A DNA stretch of 64,000 bases, from assembly GCA_964583695.1 (NCBI GenBank), contig CAZOWA010000012.1:11077-75076 (forward strand), written 5' to 3'. A program made the translations under genes and the position numbers. Shown piece by piece: positions 61,200 to 64,000 of the stretch. The notes under the pieces are model-generated. The model was given only the letters and a program-made list of their open reading frames with translations, was not told the DNA's origin and made no database searches. Positions within the stretch are counted from its first letter, which is position 1. Every line of letters begins with the position of its first letter. The DNA is from an uncultured Dechloromonas sp. Its GTDB lineage: Bacteria; Pseudomonadota; Gammaproteobacteria; Burkholderiales; Rhodocyclaceae.

Positions 61200-63379
61200 G
61201 CGAGGGCAGTCCGCGGGTCGTCGAGTTTGCCATTGGCGGCATGACGTGTGCCGCCTGTTCGGCACGCCTTGAGAAAGTGCTCAATCGCCAGCCGGGCATG
61301 CAGGCCAATGTCAATCTGGCTGCCGAGCGGGCGCGTGTTCGACTCGAAGGCGAGGCGACCGAGCAGTCAGTGATTGCCGCAGTTGCCAAGGCGGGTTTCG
61401 CCGCAGAACTTGTCGATGCCGGGACACGCGATCGGGAAAAAAAGGCAAAAATTCAGGTTTACCGCAGCGAAATCCGTCGCTTCTGGATTTCGGTCGTTCT
61501 CACCCTGCCGCTGGTCGGGCAGATGTTCTTCATGTTTGGCGAACACGCCCATCACAACCAGTTGCCGCTCTGGCTGCAACTGGCGCTGGCGACGCCGGTG
61601 CAGTTCTGGATCGGTTGGCGCTTCTACGACGGTGCCTACAAGGCCTTGCGTGGTGGCGGTGCCAACATGGATGTGCTGGTGGCGCTCGGTACCAGCATGG
61701 CCTGGGGATTTTCGGCGGCGGTGACGCTGTTCGGCCTTGATCAACACGTCTATTTCGAGGGCGGCGCGGCAGTCATCACCCTGGTTCTGCTGGGCAAGCT
61801 GCTCGAAGCGCGTGCCAAGGCAAGAACCTCGGAAGCCATCGAAGCCCTGATTCGCCTGCAACCCAGAACAGCTCGTGTCGAACGCGATGGTCAATGGCTG
61901 GAAATGCCGGTCGAAAGCCTGATGCCGGGCGATATTTTCCTGGTTCGGCCAGGGGAGAGCGTGCCAGTCGATGGCGAAGTGGTCGACGGCGAGTCGAGTA
62001 TCAATGAAGCGATGTTGACCGGTGAGAGCATGCCGGTTGGCAAGCGAAACGGCGACAAGGTCTTCGCCGCCACGGCGAACGGGCAGGGCGCCCTGCGTTG
62101 CCGGGCAACCGGTGTTGGCGAGCACACGCTGCTGGCTGGCATCATTCGCATGGTTGGTGAGGCGCAAGGATCGAAAGCGCCAGTACAACGCCTGGCTGAC
62201 CGAATTTCGGCGATTTTCGTGCCGGTCGTGTGCACCATCGCCCTGATTACTTTCGCCGGTTGGTGGTGGTATTCCGGGCTGTTTGCAGAGGCGCTGGTCA
62301 ATGCGGTTGCGGTGCTGGTCATCGCCTGTCCGTGCGCGCTTGGTCTGGCGACGCCGACGGCGATCATGGTCGGTACCGGGCAGGGCGCGCAGGCGGGGAT
62401 TCTGGTCAAAAATGCCGAAGCGCTCGAACGTGCCGAGAAAATCGCCGTGCTGGCGCTCGACAAGACCGGCACGCTGACCCATGGCGCGCCGCAACTCACC
62501 GACATCGTGCCGCGCGCCATGAATGCCGACGAGGCCTGGGCGCTTGCTGCGGCGCTCGAACAGAATTCCGAACATCCGCTGGCGCGGGCAGTGGTGGCCG
62601 GGCCCGAGGGTGGGGGCAATGCCGCGGTGAACCTGAAAAAAGTCGAAAATTTCCTTGCCGTGCCCGGCCATGGGGTCGAAGGAGAGATTGACGGGCGGCG
62701 ACTGCGCCTCGGCTCACCAGCGTGGCTCGGCGTAGCCGACGATGCGGCGGTGGATGCATTGCAACGCGCGGGCAAGACGGTTGTGGTGCTTGCCGGGGAA
62801 GGGGAAATTCTCGCATTGCTGGCCATTGCCGATGCCTTGCGGCCGACGTCGCGCGAGGCGGTTGCCCGTTTGCGTGCGCGCGGCATCCGGGTTGTCATGC
62901 TGACGGGGGATAATGCGCTTACCGCAGCGGCGATTGCCGATGAGGCCGGTATTGCCGAGTTTCGCGCCGGCATCCTGCCGGGGGACAAGGCGGCTGTTGT
63001 CGCCGAGCTGAAAGCGAACGGCGAACTGGTGGCGATGGTCGGTGACGGTATCAACGACGCCCCGGCGCTGGCTGCGGCGGATGTGAGTTTCGCTATCGGT
63101 GCGGGTTCGGATGCAGCCACCGAGGCTGCCGACCTCACCCTGATTCGTAACGATCTTGCCGGTGTCGTTGATGCTATTGATCTTTCTGCCGCCACGCTGG
63201 GCAAGATTCGGCAGAATCTTTTCTTTGCCTTCATCTATAATGTTCTCGGCATACCGCTTGCAGCCCTCGGGTGGCTCAATCCTGTCGTTGCTGGTGCGGC
63301 GATGGCGATGAGTTCCGTGTCGGTGGTATCAAACTCACTTTTGTTGAAGCGTTGGCGACCGGCAGGTCGCAGCAAGTAA
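61196..63379 (+). CDS. Heavy-metal (copper-type) translocating P1B-type ATPase
   Basis: GTG start overlaps the usp stop, giving 727 aa. Motifs: [32 protein letters not shown] and GDGINDAP. Confidence 0.95.
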   Translation: MSEGSPRVVEFAIGGMTCAACSARLEKVLNRQPGMQANVNLAAERARVRLEGEATEQSVIAAVAKAGFAAELVDAGTRDREKKAKIQVYRSEIRRFWISVVLTLPLVGQMFFMFGEHAHHNQLPLWLQLALATPVQFWIGWRFYDGAYKALRGGGANMDVLVALGTSMAWGFSAAVTLFGLDQHVYFEGGAAVITLVLLGKLLEARAKARTSEAIEALIRLQPRTARVERDGQWLEMPVESLMPGDIFLVRPGESVPVDGEVVDGESSINEAMLTGESMPVGKRNGDKVFAATANGQGALRCRATGVGEHTLLAGIIRMVGEAQGSKAPVQRLADRISAIFVPVVCTIALITFAGWWWYSGLFAEALVNAVAVLVIACPCALGLATPTAIMVGTGQGAQAGILVKNAEALERAEKIAVLALDKTGTLTHGAPQLTDIVPRAMNADEAWALAAALEQNSEHPLARAVVAGPEGGGNAAVNLKKVENFLAVPGHGVEGEIDGRRLRLGSPAWLGVADDAAVDALQRAGKTVVVLAGEGEILALLAIADALRPTSREAVARLRARGIRVVMLTGDNALTAAAIADEAGIAEFRAGILPGDKAAVVAELKANGELVAMVGDGINDAPALAAADVSFAIGAGSDAATEAADLTLIRNDLAGVVDAIDLSAATLGKIRQNLFFAFIYNVLGIPLAALGWLNPVVAGAAMAMSSVSVVSNSLLLKRWRPAGRSK
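62623..62654 (+). repeat. Possible intragenic remnant of the repeat arm (copy H)
   Basis: CGCGGTGAACCTGAAAAAAGTCGAAAATTTCC compared with TGCGGTGAACCGGAAAAAACGTC (copy D). It lies in frame inside the P-type ATPase and encodes [11 protein letters not shown]. Confidence 0.35.
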
Positions 63380-63400
63380 GCGAAGTTTCGAGAGGGCTGG

Positions 63401-64000
63401 ATGACCGTCAAGGTCGGGGAAAACGGCTTGGTACAGGCAGCGTCCGGGGCGCCCAGCGGTGGTGCCGGGGACGTTTTTGACCTTGTCGCGGAGCAGGAAA
63501 ACCATTTTCATTGCGTCATGGAAGCTGCGCAGGTCGGCATTTTCGTGCTTCAGGATGGCGTATTCCGGTATGTGAATCCCTTTTTGCATGGTTTGCTCGG
63601 TTATGCGTCCGACGAGATGGTCGACCGGATGGGGCCGCTCGATCTGCTCCTGCCCGACCTGCACGACGCGTTTTCGCGGCAGATCGAACAGCACGCGACG
63701 CGTCAGCCCGGCCACGGCCACGAGATTTCGGTCATTCGCAAGGACGGCCTGCTTGTCCCGGTCAGCGTCCAGGTCTTGCCCTCGGTTTTCGCTGGCCGGC
63801 CGGCGACGGTGGGTACGGTGCTCGATCTTTCCAGCCAGCGCCTGGCAGAGGAAAAAATCCGTGACCTCGCCGATTTCGACGCACTGACCCGCCTGCCCAA
63901 TCGCCGTTTGCTGCATGACCGGGTCGAGCAGTTGCTGGCCACGGCGGAGCGCGACGATTCGGCGATTGCCCTGATGTTCCTCGATCTCGACCACTTCAAA
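63401..64000 (+). CDS. PAS-GGDEF diguanylate cyclase (5' partial, runs off the window)
   Basis: The frame is open from the ATG at 63401 to the window end, so it is absent from the ORF track. It has a PAS region (FHCVMEAAQVGIFVLQDGVFRYVNP) followed by the start of a GGDEF domain (DALTRLPNRRLL, IALMFLDLDHFK). Confidence 0.85.
   Translation, partial: MTVKVGENGLVQAASGAPSGGAGDVFDLVAEQENHFHCVMEAAQVGIFVLQDGVFRYVNPFLHGLLGYASDEMVDRMGPLDLLLPDLHDAFSRQIEQHATRQPGHGHEISVIRKDGLLVPVSVQVLPSVFAGRPATVGTVLDLSSQRLAEEKIRDLADFDALTRLPNRRLLHDRVEQLLATAERDDSAIALMFLDLDHFK

Noticed and set aside
63335-63994. 219-aa minus-strand ORF at the window end.
   Set aside because: The plus strand carries a clear PAS-GGDEF coding sequence. 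That sequence is open to the window edge and is therefore missing from the track. The minus ORF is its shadow.
1-64000. Search for prophage, integrase, transposase, tRNA/rRNA, toxin-antitoxin or known defence-system genes.
   Set aside because: No ORF shows integrase, transposase, reverse transcriptase, nuclease-helicase or phage structural signatures. No intergenic region is long or structured enough for tRNA or rRNA.

Overview
This is a GC-rich chromosomal segment of a betaproteobacterium. Gene content and order resemble Rhodocyclales such as Dechloromonas or Azonexus, but that is inference only. All calls come from reading the ORF translations and the DNA; no searches were run.

Layout:
- 1-13.6 kb: contiguous respiratory complex I block, nuoC through nuoN, ending in a clear terminator, followed by a Nudix hydrolase.
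- 14.3-20.8 kb, minus strand: tightly coupled three-gene operon. It encodes a 1486-aa CheB-CheR-PAS-GGDEF-EAL protein, a bacteriophytochrome made only of the PAS-GAF-PHY photosensory core, and a heme oxygenase.
- 20.9-25 kb: sigma-54 activator (AcoR type), aldehyde dehydrogenase and DUF779.
- 25-29 kb: minimal class III nucleotidyl cyclase and class II (B12) ribonucleotide reductase with NrdR-like boxes.
- 29-33.5 kb: PLDc_N/TPR protein, ackA-pta and fabI.
- 33.6-34.7 kb: uncharacterised pair of a kinase-fold-like and a CX5R-phosphatase-like gene.
- 34.8-40 kb: NAD-reducing soluble [NiFe] hydrogenase operon hoxFUYHW.
- 40-46.3 kb: accessory-looking stretch with a giant M48 peptidase, a VOC protein, three hypotheticals and a Sel1 protein.
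- 46.3-50.1 kb: Spy/CpxP-like protein and a hybrid sensor kinase.
- 50.2-64 kb: Usp, beta-CASP MBL hydrolase and phaC. These are followed by an O2/NO-flavoured block: a degenerate soluble MCP-like protein, a di-iron MBL (ODP-like), hemerythrin, DUF2249, a polytopic membrane protein, SirB2, fnr and hemN. The window ends with a TauE/DsbD_2-like protein, Usp, a Cu-type P-type ATPase and the 5' part of a PAS-GGDEF gene.

No rRNA, tRNA, CRISPR array, transposase or integrase was seen.

Most notable observations:
- the split phytochrome / c-di-GMP operon;
- the pairing of a mini-MCP-like protein with an ODP-like di-iron protein;
- a dense dispersed palindromic repeat family (arm TGCGGTCAACC-N-GAAAAA-W-CG) with at least 9 intergenic copies and possible intragenic remnants;
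- the kinase-like/phosphatase-like gene pair;
- a 102-bp element with 15-bp inverted termini lying exactly between hoxY and hoxH.
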